Source: Balanoglossus misakiensis (Eukaryota; Animalia; Hemichordata). From it: a stretch of DNA of 64,000 bases. Under the pieces are notes generated by a model. The model was given only the letters and a program-made list of their open reading frames with translations, searched no databases and was not told the origin of the DNA. Positions within the stretch are counted from its first letter, which is position 1; each line of letters starts with the position of its first letter. This document shows, in pieces, positions 9,701-22,380 of this stretch. The stretch spans positions 418,548-482,547 of the forward strand of contig CM082576.2 in NCBI GenBank assembly GCA_040954595.2. The letters run 5' to 3'. Position numbers and translations under genes: made by a program.

Positions 9701-12659
9701 AACACGGCCGCGATCGAATGGAGAAAAACAAGGAGGCCGCGAGGTAAGCTGTAACGACATTGTTTTCAGTTCAAGAAACATGTTTGAAATTCCCTCTTGT
9801 GTAAAGGGTCAGCTAGTAGGTTGATCAGTGAAAGTGTTTTTCAAAATCGCATGTACGTATGAAGTAGTGGTTTAAAATTGATTGATGACTCCCACTACAT
9901 GGTGTCTGTAAAATTGCAGCATTTTTGCGTTCCAAGCGACTTAAGGACATTTCCAAGTTTAATGTGTGTTTCAGAAGGTTAAACCTTCTGGTCCGAATCG
10001 AATTCCACGTCAATTCCAGTTAGTTTGCACGTAAAAAGTCACCAGGAAAAGGCCATATCGCAATAATCACCACCGCACAGTAATCTGTCTTTTTGAATCA
10101 TTTACTTTATAATGCAATTTTCTATTTGTGATCACTCCGATCAAATATCGAATTAGGATAAATATCATTAATACACATTGCCTGTCATAACACGCCCAGC
10201 CCTGCGGCACCCACGTACGATAATTGTTTCCACAGTCACACAATGAGTACACCATGCTTAAAACGCACAATGCACACGCCCTTGCAATACGCTACTGGTA
10301 ATACGTAGAGGCGGGACCTCATTCGACAATCAACGCTTTTAATCATTCATAATACCCTGCTCGCTGATATGTTTTTCTTCTCACATTTTGTGCAATACAA
10401 ACGTTATTTACTTCTTATTTTCTGTGCAAAACAGGTAAATCCATCAAAAGTAGATCATTAAAAAGTCGCAGTTATAGTAAGAGTTACCATCGTCATATGG
10501 CTTTCCCAAATATAATTTATTTTTCGTTGTGAAGTAAACCACTTACTGTAGGGCATCTCTGTGAGATTATTGTCTATCGCCTTTAATCATTTGAACGATT
10601 GCAAAAGACAGCGATGGAACTAATGCCAACGCAATATGCAGAATGTGCCCGGCGAACATGTACATGTAATGTTGCAGGCAAACAGAGCGTGTACTATTAT
10701 CCCGGGTAAACAAAGCATAGCTGATACCATAGTATTCCTTTCAATAGTTTTAGCCAGTATCAAAAATATTCAAATATCAACTTTAGGGGTCAACTATTAA
10801 AAACACTTCCGTGTGAATTCTTTCAACAGAATCCAACGGAGAAAGTCCGAAGCGATGCTTCAGATACCGGGCCTTGAAAAATCGTCTCTGGATGACCCAT
10901 CGAAAGATCAGAGTCATCATGAGTCATCTCACAATAAGGCCGAAGGTCATCCACCGCTCGCCAGAACTTCCTTCCACGAAAAAGGTAAAAATTGAGACTC
11001 TTTTCACCACAAATATGTCGATTTTCGATTCTTAATTTGAACAATCTTCATTAGCTGAAGCAAAAAAGGCCAATGTCAGGAAAACTCTTCATAACCCACA
11101 TGTCCGTTGTTGCTGTTGTGTTGTTGTTGTTGTTGTTGTTGTTTGTCATCACAGGGAAGGAAATTGGTAAGGAGATGAGTGAACTACGACACGTAATACA
11201 TGAGCTTCGCACTTTTGATAGCCAGGTAAGTGTCTTTGAAACAACAAGTGGTCTGTCGAGCATACGCCGTGTTTCTACCTTCCGATCGTAGAATGAAGTA
11301 TTTTCATTAAGGTTTTACTAAATATGACAGTCACCATGTATAACACGTCTTTTTCGTACTTTGTCAGTCAACTAAACACAGGGTACAAGACCTATCAGAA
11401 AAGGTAGGTGCAACTGGGTTTACCGTTCATTAATTTTTATATCTAGCATCTTGATCAAAACTTCTCTTATTATCGGTGGAATAGTTACTATCTCATAAAC
11501 GCATAAATTATTTGAAATGTGAAGAATGCAGTGGGATGATTTTGGAATTTTTATTGTCTTTTCGATAGTTGAAGGACTGTTTGAAAATCGGATGGTTTTG
11601 CTGAAAGTTTTGTGGTCGATTTTGTTATTGTTGAAACGTAGCAGACAGTAATGAAAAGCTAAAAAGATGTGGCACACGGAACAAATACTTAAACACAGGC
11701 ACAGGTTAATGATGCTGGACATATGTTATGCTGTTTATGAAATTTGAATTAACGACAAAAAGTGGAACCATATGGATGATGATAATATTATCAGGATATG
11801 AAGCCATAATATTACAGCAGCTACAAGGCTTTGGCGTATCACCAACCATGTAGTTTGATCTGCTAGAACATTTCAGAATAACATCTGCTAATAGTTTGCT
11901 AGACGGAGCAAACCAGATTATTCTTAGAAAAAATATATATTTCCGAGAAACTAGTAGACTTTTTTGGCGACGAATTATAAATGTCGGCATTTGGTGTCTA
12001 TATTTCTGCGAATGAAGTGTAATGACTGATACCATTGGTTACAGTGTGACGAACTGACTTCCCTGCTGCACGAGCGCGACTCTGAACTTCGTATGGCACT
12101 GATCAGAATCTCAGAGCTTGAGCAGCGAGTGGACGGTAAGCTGAAAAACGGCAAAATTCGTTCCCGCTTCGACACGGAGCTGGATTCCATCAACGGCAGT
12201 CGCTACCAACGTCGGGATATTGATTTAAGTAGTGATGAAAATCAACCATGGAGTTACGGAGCCCGACGGACACACAGGAAGCTCGGCCGCCAAAAGAGGA
12301 CTGAACATTTGAACGGGAATTCGTCCGTTCCAAATTTACCGAGTCATCATGGCGGCGACAGTCAGGGGCAATCATCGAACATACCAAGCCTTGTCGTGGA
12401 TGAATGTGATACGCCTCCCAGAGTTCCTGTCAGAGACACTGTTGTACCCGGCATTAGTATCAACGGAGTGCTGCACCAGGAACCAGCACCATTTCAGTTT
12501 GAGGTTGCAGACACCGATCGTGAATACGACACCGTCGATGTCATTACAGACTCGAGTCTTCAGCAGAGTCCTAGCTTGTTGTTGGCTGAGAGTACGGGAG
12601 ATGTGAGCGACATTGGGTCTTCATATCTAAGCGATGCGAGCTACGAAAGTGATTATTAA
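3711..12659 (+). CDS. cnga: Cyclic nucleotide-gated cation channel (CNGA-like), spliced and 5'-incomplete: join(3711-3792,4357-4456,5844-5908,[6194-6272 OR 6329-6407],6654-6772,7115-7207,7612-7708,8133-8279,8958-9137,9661-9743,10830-10984,11155-11225,11368-11403,12045-12659)
   Basis: All exons are bounded by AG/GT and phases join without frameshift (1922 nt = 2 nt + 640 codons including stop). The translation gives S4 ([10 protein letters not shown]), S5 (IHWIGCFYY), [10 protein letters not shown], pore (YWST.TLTTIG), S6 ([16 protein letters not shown]), C-linker ([17 protein letters not shown]) and CNBD ([20 protein letters not shown]...YFGEISLL...NRRNADV). Exons for S1-S3 were not securely found. 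Confidence 0.95.
4357..4456 (+). CDS. CNG exon, S4-S5 linker and S5 ([33 protein letters not shown])
   Basis: ctgtag acceptor, GAG|gtcagt donor; matches CNG RT.YPN..R...IHWNAC.Y pattern. Confidence 0.93.
5844..5908 (+). CDS. CNG exon, extracellular S5-pore loop ([21 protein letters not shown])
   Basis: ttttcag acceptor, AG|gtgaga donor; GFG..WVYP motif and an N-glycosylation sequon NNT. Confidence 0.93.
6194..6272 (+). CDS. CNG pore exon variant A ((R)[26 protein letters not shown]), CNGA-type TIGE filter
   Basis: tttttcacag acceptor, ATC|gtaagt donor; 79 nt; phase 2 to 0. Confidence 0.93.
6329..6407 (+). CDS. CNG pore exon variant B ((S)[26 protein letters not shown]), CNGB-type TIGG filter
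   Basis: ctttctgtttcgatacag acceptor, ACT|gtgagt donor; 79 nt; phase 2 to 0; open frame homologous to variant A. Confidence 0.88.
6654..6772 (+). CDS. CNG exon, S6 ([39 protein letters not shown])
   Basis: tttctatag acceptor, AG|gtatga donor; canonical S6 motif GNVG..ISNMNA. Confidence 0.95.
7115..7207 (+). CDS. CNG exon, C-linker ([30 protein letters not shown])
   Basis: ctcag acceptor, AG|gtgaga donor; D.IK.YM..R.V...LQ.RV.KW.DY.W motif. Confidence 0.95.
7612..7708 (+). CDS. CNG exon, C-linker ([32 protein letters not shown])
   Basis: tttcag acceptor, AAG|gtaaga donor; LP..LRAEIAI.VHL.TL.K motif. Confidence 0.95.
8133..8279 (+). CDS. CNG exon, CNBD N-terminal part ([49 protein letters not shown])
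   Basis: tatacag acceptor, CAG|gtatca donor; CNGA-like [17 protein letters not shown]. Confidence 0.96.
8958..9137 (+). CDS. CNG exon, CNBD phosphate-binding cassette (...[41 protein letters not shown])
   Basis: tccag acceptor, CAG|gtaaat donor; FGEIS and RR.A.V motifs. Confidence 0.96.
9661..9743 (+). CDS. CNG exon, CNBD C-helix ([27 protein letters not shown])
   Basis: gcgtag acceptor, AG|gtaagc donor; EYPDAK..LE..G motif. Confidence 0.93.
10830..10984 (+). CDS. CNG exon, post-CNBD linker ([14 protein letters not shown]...SFHEK)
   Basis: tttcaacag acceptor, AAG|gtaaaa donor; phase-compatible on both sides; low-complexity, no family motif. Confidence 0.78.
11155..11225 (+). CDS. CNG exon, C-terminal region ([24 protein letters not shown])
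   Basis: catcacag acceptor, CAG|gtaagt donor; in phase; amphipathic helix. Confidence 0.8.
11368..11403 (+). CDS. CNG 36-nt exon ([12 protein letters not shown]), start of coiled coil
   Basis: ctttgtcag acceptor, AAG|gtaggt donor; phase 0-0. Confidence 0.7.
12045..12659 (+). CDS. CNG terminal exon: coiled coil ([29 protein letters not shown]) plus acidic/Ser-rich tail, stop TAA
   Basis: ttacag acceptor; in frame with ORF 12093-12659; heptad pattern resembles the CNGA C-terminal leucine zipper. Confidence 0.85.
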   Translation, partial: CDELTSLLHERDSELRMALIRISELEQRVDGKLKNGKIRSRFDTELDSINGSRYQRRDIDLSSDENQPWSYGARRTHRKLGRQKRTEHLNGNSSVPNLPSHHGGDSQGQSSNIPSLVVDECDTPPRVPVRDTVVPGISINGVLHQEPAPFQFEVADTDREYDTVDVITDSSLQQSPSLLLAESTGDVSDIGSSYLSDASYESDY

Positions 12660-13426
12660 TTATTATCTAATTGGAAATTAGCACCGATGTAGTACTTTTA
12701 AAAGCGAACTGGTCCATACGACCAACATATTTCGGTGACTGTAAAGACTAACGCCAAACCAAACAAACTACAACAATTTAAAAAGTGAACTGGCATTTTA
12801 CTGAAAGCACTAACCAGTGTTTTACACAGATTCAATGGTGGCGCCAAAATGTTGTGTGCACACCTGTGGCATCACCTTGTTTGTCTGTTAATTGATTGAT
12901 TATTGGTTCGAAGGTTATCATTCTTGACCACTAAACCTATGCATTTTCTTCGGCCAGACAACAAAATATCTCCAAAGAGTCTAACGTTATCCACGTCGAG
13001 ACTCGGTAATGACGTCAACTTTGACGATACCCGGTCAGGTTTAATCTTACCAAACCAAACTGATAAAGACGGACCACTGAGACGAACCACGCATGCGTCC
13101 AAAGGGCAAAAATGATGGACGTGGCGTCCTTCTCGCCGGAAAATGACAGTTCAAAATTAAAAGAAAACGGGTGATGAGTAATTTTTTTTCGACCACAGTT
13201 TGTACCCAGTCTGTTATTATTTTGTTTTGTGTATAGTGCAGTGCGTTGTCGCGTTCTCCATTTTTGTGTCCCTTAAACTGACATCATATACCCCTGTCTC
13301 GATGTTCAGACCTTTGCTTCGTTTAAATCGACATGAAAGTCTTGCTGCAACAAGCACTAAATTATTGACAGACACTCAACATGAGAGACAACTCGTGGCA
13401 AATTATTTTTATAGTTTTACATTTCA

Positions 13427-13432
13427 AATAAA
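13427..13432 (+). terminator. Candidate polyadenylation signal (AATAAA) for the CNG gene
   Basis: AATAAA ~770 nt downstream of the stop codon; motif match only. Confidence 0.35.
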
Positions 13433-16400
13433 AAGACTTATCGATAGTAAACTGCAAACAGTCTACAAAACAGAACAGGATGACCATTGGCCTTTAAGTT
13501 AGCGTTCCCAATCAAGGCGCATATAAGCTGTTCTATCTCAACTTACAAATAGAGACAGCACATGTCGTCAGCTGTCAGAGAGCCTCGGATACAACGTCAT
13601 GGCTGAGCTAACAGTAAGTCAGGTCATGCGTCCAATTAATTATGCAAATACCATGAGATTGAAAAATCGAAAAGATGTACACTGAATGGCTAAAACTCCA
13701 ATTTAGATAAATTTGTCGACGAGTGTGTGTGTCTTCACTTCATGGATGTCAGCGTTACTGTGCCTTGAGACTTTATATTCATAGGAATCTGTGGTAAACG
13801 ATGAATAACTATCGTCCGTCCATTTTTGTATGCTAAGCCAAGAATATACTAGTACTGATCATACAGTGCAATGAACGCAGATAGGTATATCTAATTTTAG
13901 ACAGAGATCATCTGGTCTTTTATAAAACATCGTGATCTTGTTAATCATATGTGGTCGTAAACCATAAGTGTGAAAAACTGTCATGTATTATTTTTCAGAC
14001 AGATGCGATTCGTATAATTTATTTAACATAAATTTACAATAATTATATTGTGGCTGACTGTTTATTTCGTTGCCCTGTTTTCGAAGATGAATTGCGGGAT
14101 TATAACGACGACAGTGACTTCTACAGATGGGCGATTTTGAGAGTTTTCAGTCATCTGTCCACAGCACTGTCTCTATCGCTTATTTCAATACGTGGCGTCA
14201 TTAACACCTTGGAGAATCTGCAGTAGCTTCATGTTAACACCGTGCTAGCGCTTTACGCACATCGGAGATTTGGCTGTCCACAATACTAATATTATACCAT
14301 ACCTTGCTCCTGCTCCAATTGACGGACACCTCGTATGATTATGCCACACTTATTTGTATCAATTAGACCCGGGACAAGTAAGTCCGATGAAAAAATCAGA
14401 CAACTGCCGTGTTGTCTCACATGGTCCTCGGTTTTTTCGCTTTGACAATGGTTTGTTTTTCCCTCAATCGACTTAATTATTGAAATGTCCAACCGCATTG
14501 TGCTTTTAAATTAGTCACAATTAGCAGCTTTGTCAACTGCTTACATTCCACAACTGCCAAGATGTGACGCCACTCCGACGCAACGGCGAATATACATGCG
14601 TACGTGGTTCAAATCCGCTGTGAATCAAAATGACACAGTTTTGGCAGTGATCACTTTAATAATGGGCGACTGGAATTAAGGATTCTGACTTGATCTCATC
14701 TCGTCAACTTGAACCGGTGTGGCCTTCTATCACAAATCATTGTTACCAGCTTTTAAATACTTTTCGATCATAGAAGTATCTTAATTCCTGCGCTGATGAT
14801 CAGAATGTTATCAAGATCCATTTTGAGTGCCATTTTTGACCATCCCATTACGGTCACGACGATTCCAAACCAGCATGGCAGCCTTGAACAGGCGAATATT
14901 TATATGGTCACGGTAAAGTTGATTTACAGTTTTAAATCCCGGACTAGTTTTATTGTAAAATTAAATTAAACATAAAAGCCATTTTCCCGTAATGGTAATG
15001 AACTAATAGTCTCCGTCAATTGTTCACATTGGATGCCGGGAGCATGCCGAGACTCGCCCCTCTCCCTTCTCCTTCCTTCCTGTCGCCACACCATTCGGAC
15101 GTGTGAGCACACTGTCGGTGCGCCTGGCTTGTGTACAACAGTGGCTATGGTTACCGTCTTAATGTGGCGGCCTTTGAAAACGGTTGTTGGAATCAAACGT
15201 GAAATGTGTCGATATTGTCTGTCTCCGGCTTAGCCTTAGCCACGCTGACGACATCACAATGCATGTAGCAAAGTTTTCAAAGAGAGGAAAAAACTCCAAC
15301 TAATTAAATGCAATTAGCTCAGGCAATGATTTATTCGTGAGAAATGCTATAATTACAGTTGAGGCAAACACGGATCACGCTACAAAGAAGGACTCCATTC
15401 ATTACAATAATTGCTCATTAAAATAGAATTAATACACATAATGGGTGATTTTTCAAAGTTTTTTTTCTGTCTCTCTGACTGACAAATCGCTCTTGTTGAG
15501 TTGAGAATTCCCTTGTCATCTTGTTAGTACGGCAAGATTGCGGTCTGTGTTCGTTTTTAAAAGACGAAGTCAGATTGCAGATTTTCGGGGCTAGCTCCAT
15601 GTTTGTGTTTGTTTCGTACCTATAATGATTGCATTCGCATATGCACGTATGAGGTGAGTTAAACAGTTGGCCAAGGGCGACAAATCGGAGATGAAAAGTA
15701 AAAGTCCCCGCCAATCAAATTGAAACATGCCCAAGATAATCGACCAGAAGCCATCTGTAAAGTCTGACCCGATGCCATCCTGTTTCCCAGGATTTGAGTT
15801 TGATGAAAATGTGCGCTTTTGGCAGATCAGGAATCCTTGTACGAGTGATTAGTAAACATTGTGGCCAACAAATTCTCGATAGCTGCATCAAATGAAGCCG
15901 ACGCCAATATCTTAAGCATTGCAATATCTGACCTTTTTCATTCAAATACATCTGTGTAATTAAACATATGTTGACACCGACGTATCCATGACTGCGCGTA
16001 ATTTATTTCAGTGCGCCACTTATTTCGTCCACACAGTCTCCACCGGTTCGCGACCTTACAACTTTGGGTAGCTAAGTGGTTGACTCCCAAAGAGACAATG
16101 GTACGTATGCCCACACACCTAGCTGCAACATGGGCCTCAATTTAGAGCCATTTTAAATGCCATTTGTGGTCACGTGTTTACGGCAGTAATAGTATAAGAA
16201 AAGTTCTGCAGTTGCCAGCAGCCACTCCGCTTTGTAACAACGACGGGTTAAGACGGACCGTCGCCATCACGGTATCAGCCTGAACAATCTAGGGTCCCGT
16301 GAAAACTCGCCCAGTTAGAGTATGAGTTGGCTTCCATTATACGACATGTTGCTGATATCTACTGTCGCCGATCAGAACGATATAAATACATACTTTGCAG

Positions 16401-17183
16401 CCGGAGTCAGATCTTCGATTCACACCCAACGGAAACAAAAAAGCGAGGAGCACAGTGTCTTGCATTACCGCGACGCCTACGGTGGTAAATTACCGCGTTT
16501 ACAAAATCTCGTCTCAGACGCGTCCCGAAATCTGCTCGCAGACGTAGTACCGTTTAAATGGCGACACCGTTCTGGTATTAGCCTTCACAGGCTAATGCCA
16601 TTACTATATATACAAATACACTTTTGTCCGCTACTTATCCAATTAGCCACTTATGGTAATTTCCAACGTAAATCGCATTGTGTGCGCGGGAAATTATACA
16701 TGCGTCTCCTAGAATGTCTGTGGCGTTGTATTGCTTCTCCAAAACTTCCCTTCGTTTAGGGGAGCCGCAAAACTAAATGGATTTTTATTGGGTAATTACG
16801 CGTATAAAGTTGGAATTCAGATCCAGTCGGCTGTTCGACAACATGGCTTTCTTATTTGGACAATTAAAACGAACGAAGCTCTTAGCTGAATGTACATGGA
16901 CAGTAAGGGAAAAGCTTGTTTCTGTTCTTACAGCCAGTACACCAGGCCTCACAAGATGTCCCACTCTGATAAATTTTGCCCACAAAATGACGTCATTCAG
17001 TTGTATGGAGATTATCTGTTAGGCGGTCGCTTACTTGCGTACATTTATATGAACGTAACTTCAATTGCTGGAACAATGATCCACGCGGGGATGAAACAAA
17101 ACTCAAGTAACAAAGCTGCGGACTTCTTGCCTCCTACATTGTAAAGCGGTCAATGAGTATAATGTTATGACGTATACCCATTC

Positions 17184-17186
17184 ATT

Positions 17187-17280
<94 letters not shown>

Positions 17281-17442
17281 TGTATTTATTTATTTATTTA
17301 TTCATCCATTCGTTTGTTTGTTTGTTTGTTTGTTTGTTTGTTTGTTTGTTTGTTTAGTATGTGTGCGTGTGTGCGTACGTGACTGTCTGTCTGTCTGTCT
17401 GCATGCATGTATGTATGTGTGTTCGTGTGTGTGTGTCTGTGT
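17184..17442. repeat. Compound microsatellite (TTTC)n-(TTTA)n-(TTTG)n-(TG/CTGT)n
   Basis: Read directly. Confidence 0.95.
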
Positions 17443-20119
17443 ATCTGCTTCTTAGACTATAAGAGAAATGTGGTATTTTGCCGTATCGAGGTACTTGCAC
17501 TGGAATAAATTTGTTCAACAAATTAAGGTTCCAACATTTCCCATAACAAGCGAAGATCGTCTGATTATCTATCAAGAATAATCATCATCTGCAGGGGAAA
17601 TATAACATAACGAGAAAACTGGGCTCCTTCGGTATCAGTGGTTGACTTCGCCTCATCAAATCCGGCTCCGTATTCCATGATGCAGACCAAGACCCCCAGT
17701 CCAAATTAACAAATGATCAGGGTAAATTACGGACTGACTAGACCGTACCGCATCATCAACTCAGAGGCCTGGCTCCTCCCGACAGACCTACTCCAACGAA
17801 TACACGCTATAAATAACGATAACAATTGTTCCTGATTGGACTGATATGTTGAATTGGTTGGCCTGCGTAAGATGTCACTTAGCTACCTTGGTTTTGTCTC
17901 CGCCGTCGTTTGATTATTACAGTATAGCCGAATAAAAACACGGCGCTGGAAAAATGGAGCTTATACTTTCCTCTCGGTCACTAATGTGTGTCGTTTTGAT
18001 AACGGCAATTACGGAAGAGACCACACAGTTTGAAGAGAAAGAGAGCGCGAAGAGGGAAGAATTGAATCTGGGCGGCTGGCCAATTACAGCGTCATATGCT
18101 CGGCGACCATGCCGGTTCATATTTTCTCAGAGAGGACAAAACTGTGTCATTTGTAACGAATGGGCTTTCTTGCGCTGTCCAAACACGCAGACGTCAGTTG
18201 GCAACGCTTCCCCGCTCGTCCATTAACTGCCGGGCATGCTCAGTGCAGAGAAAGTAGCCGCGCAATCATGCATTGTCACGCCAGCAGAAAGACCAGCGAA
18301 GCATAAGGAAAAAGGCAGTGTTAATTTTCTGCGTCTTTAGCCAATCTCAATGGGGTCTAGCCGGAGTGTCTAGATGTTTAGTCATAGCCCCTCCCCAATC
18401 ATTAGATCTCCACTCTTCAAATGTAATATGAAGGGATCGAGGCATTTATCTAATTAGCTGCTAATTACAAATGCAAATATCCCATCTTTAGAGTAAATAA
18501 TACCTAAATGTTGCCGACTTAACCGCGTGAAAGGAATATAGTGGCTTATTTTAATTTGGGAAGTTTTTAATGTGCGCCGATATCTGCTGGCTCCATGCTG
18601 TCAATGGAATGGTACCATGTCTCGGGTGTAATAGGTCAAGAAATGTGTTCTTTTATCATGCAAATAGCGCAAAATATCAAAAATGTCCGATGAGACTATC
18701 TCAGGTCTTGGGGTCGTGCATCTGAGAGCTTGATCGCTGTCCTGGTTCACAGATAGGCAAGCGAAAGTTGTTGGTTTGTGTTTTACGCCCAAAACTGTCA
18801 ATTGGTTGTCGTTCCTGATCATAATTCTTCAAGTGTCAAGTCGGTTAGTCATACAGGCAACAAATCAAATTTGGACTCTTGCGAATTTGCGGTTTTAACG
18901 CCTGTTCAGAAGAGACAGTATTTGCTAAAGTGTTAGGCGCGATATGTTGTCATGTAGCGCCTCGGCTATAGTTGGCGGGGTATTTTCGTCTCGACTCAGC
19001 TGACGACAGACTCCCGTCACAGTCAAATTTACAAAATGTGTTAACGAGCTTAGAACGACGAGGCGGTACTCATTATAATCTATTTCTAATGACATGATCT
19101 AATTAAACTCATTTGGCTCAGAGTTGTGAACGGGTATTTGTGACACACGAACAGTCTGTTTGTGAATAAACCAAAGATTTATACATACACCCCTCCCATC
19201 GGTTGCATTAACCAAATCACTCAAATTGTGGGCGAAAAAAGGCATCACAGTGATCATTGTGGGAAACCATAAAATACAAATGACAAAAGACTGCCATTCC
19301 CCCAGAGGCAACAAAATGAAAACCAGAGATGATGTTAAATACACCGGCAGTGCCGTTGCTTCTATTGCAATATCCTCCGAACAGCTTGGAAGCCCAACAA
19401 GTGAACGATATGATTAGCTGCGTCACACCGCCCGTTATCGCAAATTTCCTGTATTAGTAAAGAGAATGGACATGGTAAAATGAAATGGATGCGGTCAGGG
19501 AATACAAGCGCAGATGGTGATCTGGAGCCAACATATTGTTGGTTTCAATGAAATCGACTTCCAAGGAAATCAAGTAAAGTCTCAGGTGGTCTAATCTCAT
19601 CAGATTAAGAGGGTTTCGACTAAAACAATTATGTTTTCATATGTTTTGACTCCTTTGGGCCAAAAACAAAACTGTCCGAGCTAATCACCAATTGGATTAT
19701 TGCTCCTACCGCCTGTGGTTGCCATGGACAACGAGAAAATCAAAATATTAAGGAATTAGCAGAAATAATCACCTGGATGATTCGGTAGCTATTCTTGGTT
19801 TCCATGACAACGTTCATTTCACGGTTGCTTGAGAAGCAAGCAATCGGAGAAATCGATGAGACGTAACGAACCATATGTTGCTCACCGAATATTTGCCCAC
19901 TTTGCATCGAATCCAAACAGAACGACTATTATATTACAAGTTTGGTGCCTTTGGCTAAAACTCGATTTGTTCGACAACTTTATCCGTGTATTTAAGATAC
20001 AAACAATATAAGGTTACCAAAATACGTTTCTGTGTATTCTTCAAAGCATCAAGAGTGTTCCACATCCAGATATAAGCATGGAGTCCAAAGAATATGTCGC
20101 ACAATTATGAATACTACAA

Positions 20120-20535
<416 letters not shown>

Positions 20536-22380
20536 AAAATATTGGAGACTGGCTTTGTTGATACCTAATATCAGGAGGAGTACGATGACAAACAAACAGA
20601 AACAGTCGCCTTTGGCCACTCTGTCGTGTCCATTTATTTTGTTGGTACGCCTTCAACCCCTTCATATTCCCTAGTTTATTGTATACAATGTTTCATAGTT
20701 CAGGTTCAAATTTTACTGCTGAAATAGTATCCTTTTCCCTGATTACAAAACTAAATTTTCGCTCGTGTGCTTGATCAAATGAAGTGGGCAGTCAAGGAGA
20801 AAATTGATAAAATACGAAATCCGGTCGCCGCTACGAGACTCGGAATCCCCAAATAAACGGATGTCTCTTGTTTTATGTGAATCCATGTATGAGTGCCCTG
20901 ACGCCATAGGCGTTTTGTTATGCAAATATACGGCATTACTTCTAAATAAATTAACTCCAGAAAAATAAGTGTGATGTTTTACTATCAGAAGTTGTTTATT
21001 GGTATATTTTTGTTTGGGACGATTTTAAGCACAGCAGCAAATGGACGCAAGGAGCCAATCGTTGAACGTCTTTTGTCGGTTTATGAATTTTGCTTTCATA
21101 CATTTGTTTACTTTCATTTGGTTTGATTTACTTTGATTTGGGGAATTACACTTTCAAGTTGTTCCGTTATGTGCGCACTTTTCTTCCGATTTGCGAACTT
21201 GAAAATTCCAGTTAACCATCGATACAAACATATGAAGACTGGGAAAAGAGAAAAGATGATGATATACCGTCCTTCGAATGGGTTGAAAGGTCACGGGCAT
21301 AATTTGTATGTTCCCAGGGAATGATGAGTCGCCGGCTAGGAATTTTCTCGGAGCATATTTCAACGTAACAAAGGCAGTGATGTTGTTTTATAGTAACCGT
21401 TGTGGAGTCGTGGGCGTGGTTGTTATTCAACGAAATTAAATGTGGAGCCACCAATGGCTATAGCGGCAAGTCAATGAGATCCTTCACTCGTCATATGTTA
21501 ATATATTAGAGGCTTTTCACCAATCATATTGCGAACATCTCCACAAGCCTAGCCTGGCACGCTATTATCCTAAGAGACAATACGATCAGGGCCGGAATCC
21601 ACGGCATCGCTGACTGAGGTATTAGAAAAGTGGCGTTCGGAAGTTTGCAACACAACTCGTTGTCTTTGGCCAATAGAGCGGAAGAGTGTTTTTTCTTTTC
21701 CTTTCGGAGAGTTAACCCCTGTCTTGACTGAAATACTGAGGCTAATATAGCCACTCATGTATAACCGTCTTTCGCCTTAGCTCGACAAGTTGTCGCACTC
21801 TCACCGGCACCGGTGTTTACTGTCTGCTGGGGGTCTATATTAATCTAAACCGCGGGATATTAATCGGAGCGAATCGCACTTCTCTCATAACGCAAGAAGA
21901 CAATTCGCCTGGCCAGCAAACGTATCGGACAGATGCAGACTGTCTTGGAAGTTTGGCTCAAGCCGACATACTCTGGGTAGCCTTTGAGGGTCAGTTTCCA
22001 CTGTGGTCTGTTGCTGACGCCACACGTCTCATCCAAGCAGACCTTTCCTTGATTAGTGTCGATTATCGGCTCTTTTACGTATTCACAACAACTGTACTGT
22101 TGGCGAGGTCGACCGGCACACTTTATAAGTGTACACACATGGACGAACACCATAAGGATCTCTTCTAAACGAGGACACTTCTCATGAACTTTTTCTCCGT
22201 TCCTGGTTCCTTTTCTGCCGATCAAGTACTCATAGGTGCGGTTCTCTGTACATTGGTACCTGCCCGTGACTCGGAGTTGTTCTCAAGACTTTGAAACCGA
22301 TTTACCTATCTAAACAGCGCTAAGGCTGCTACATAAATCACACCGAAGACTCGACATTTGGAGAGAGTACAGTCGGCTAC

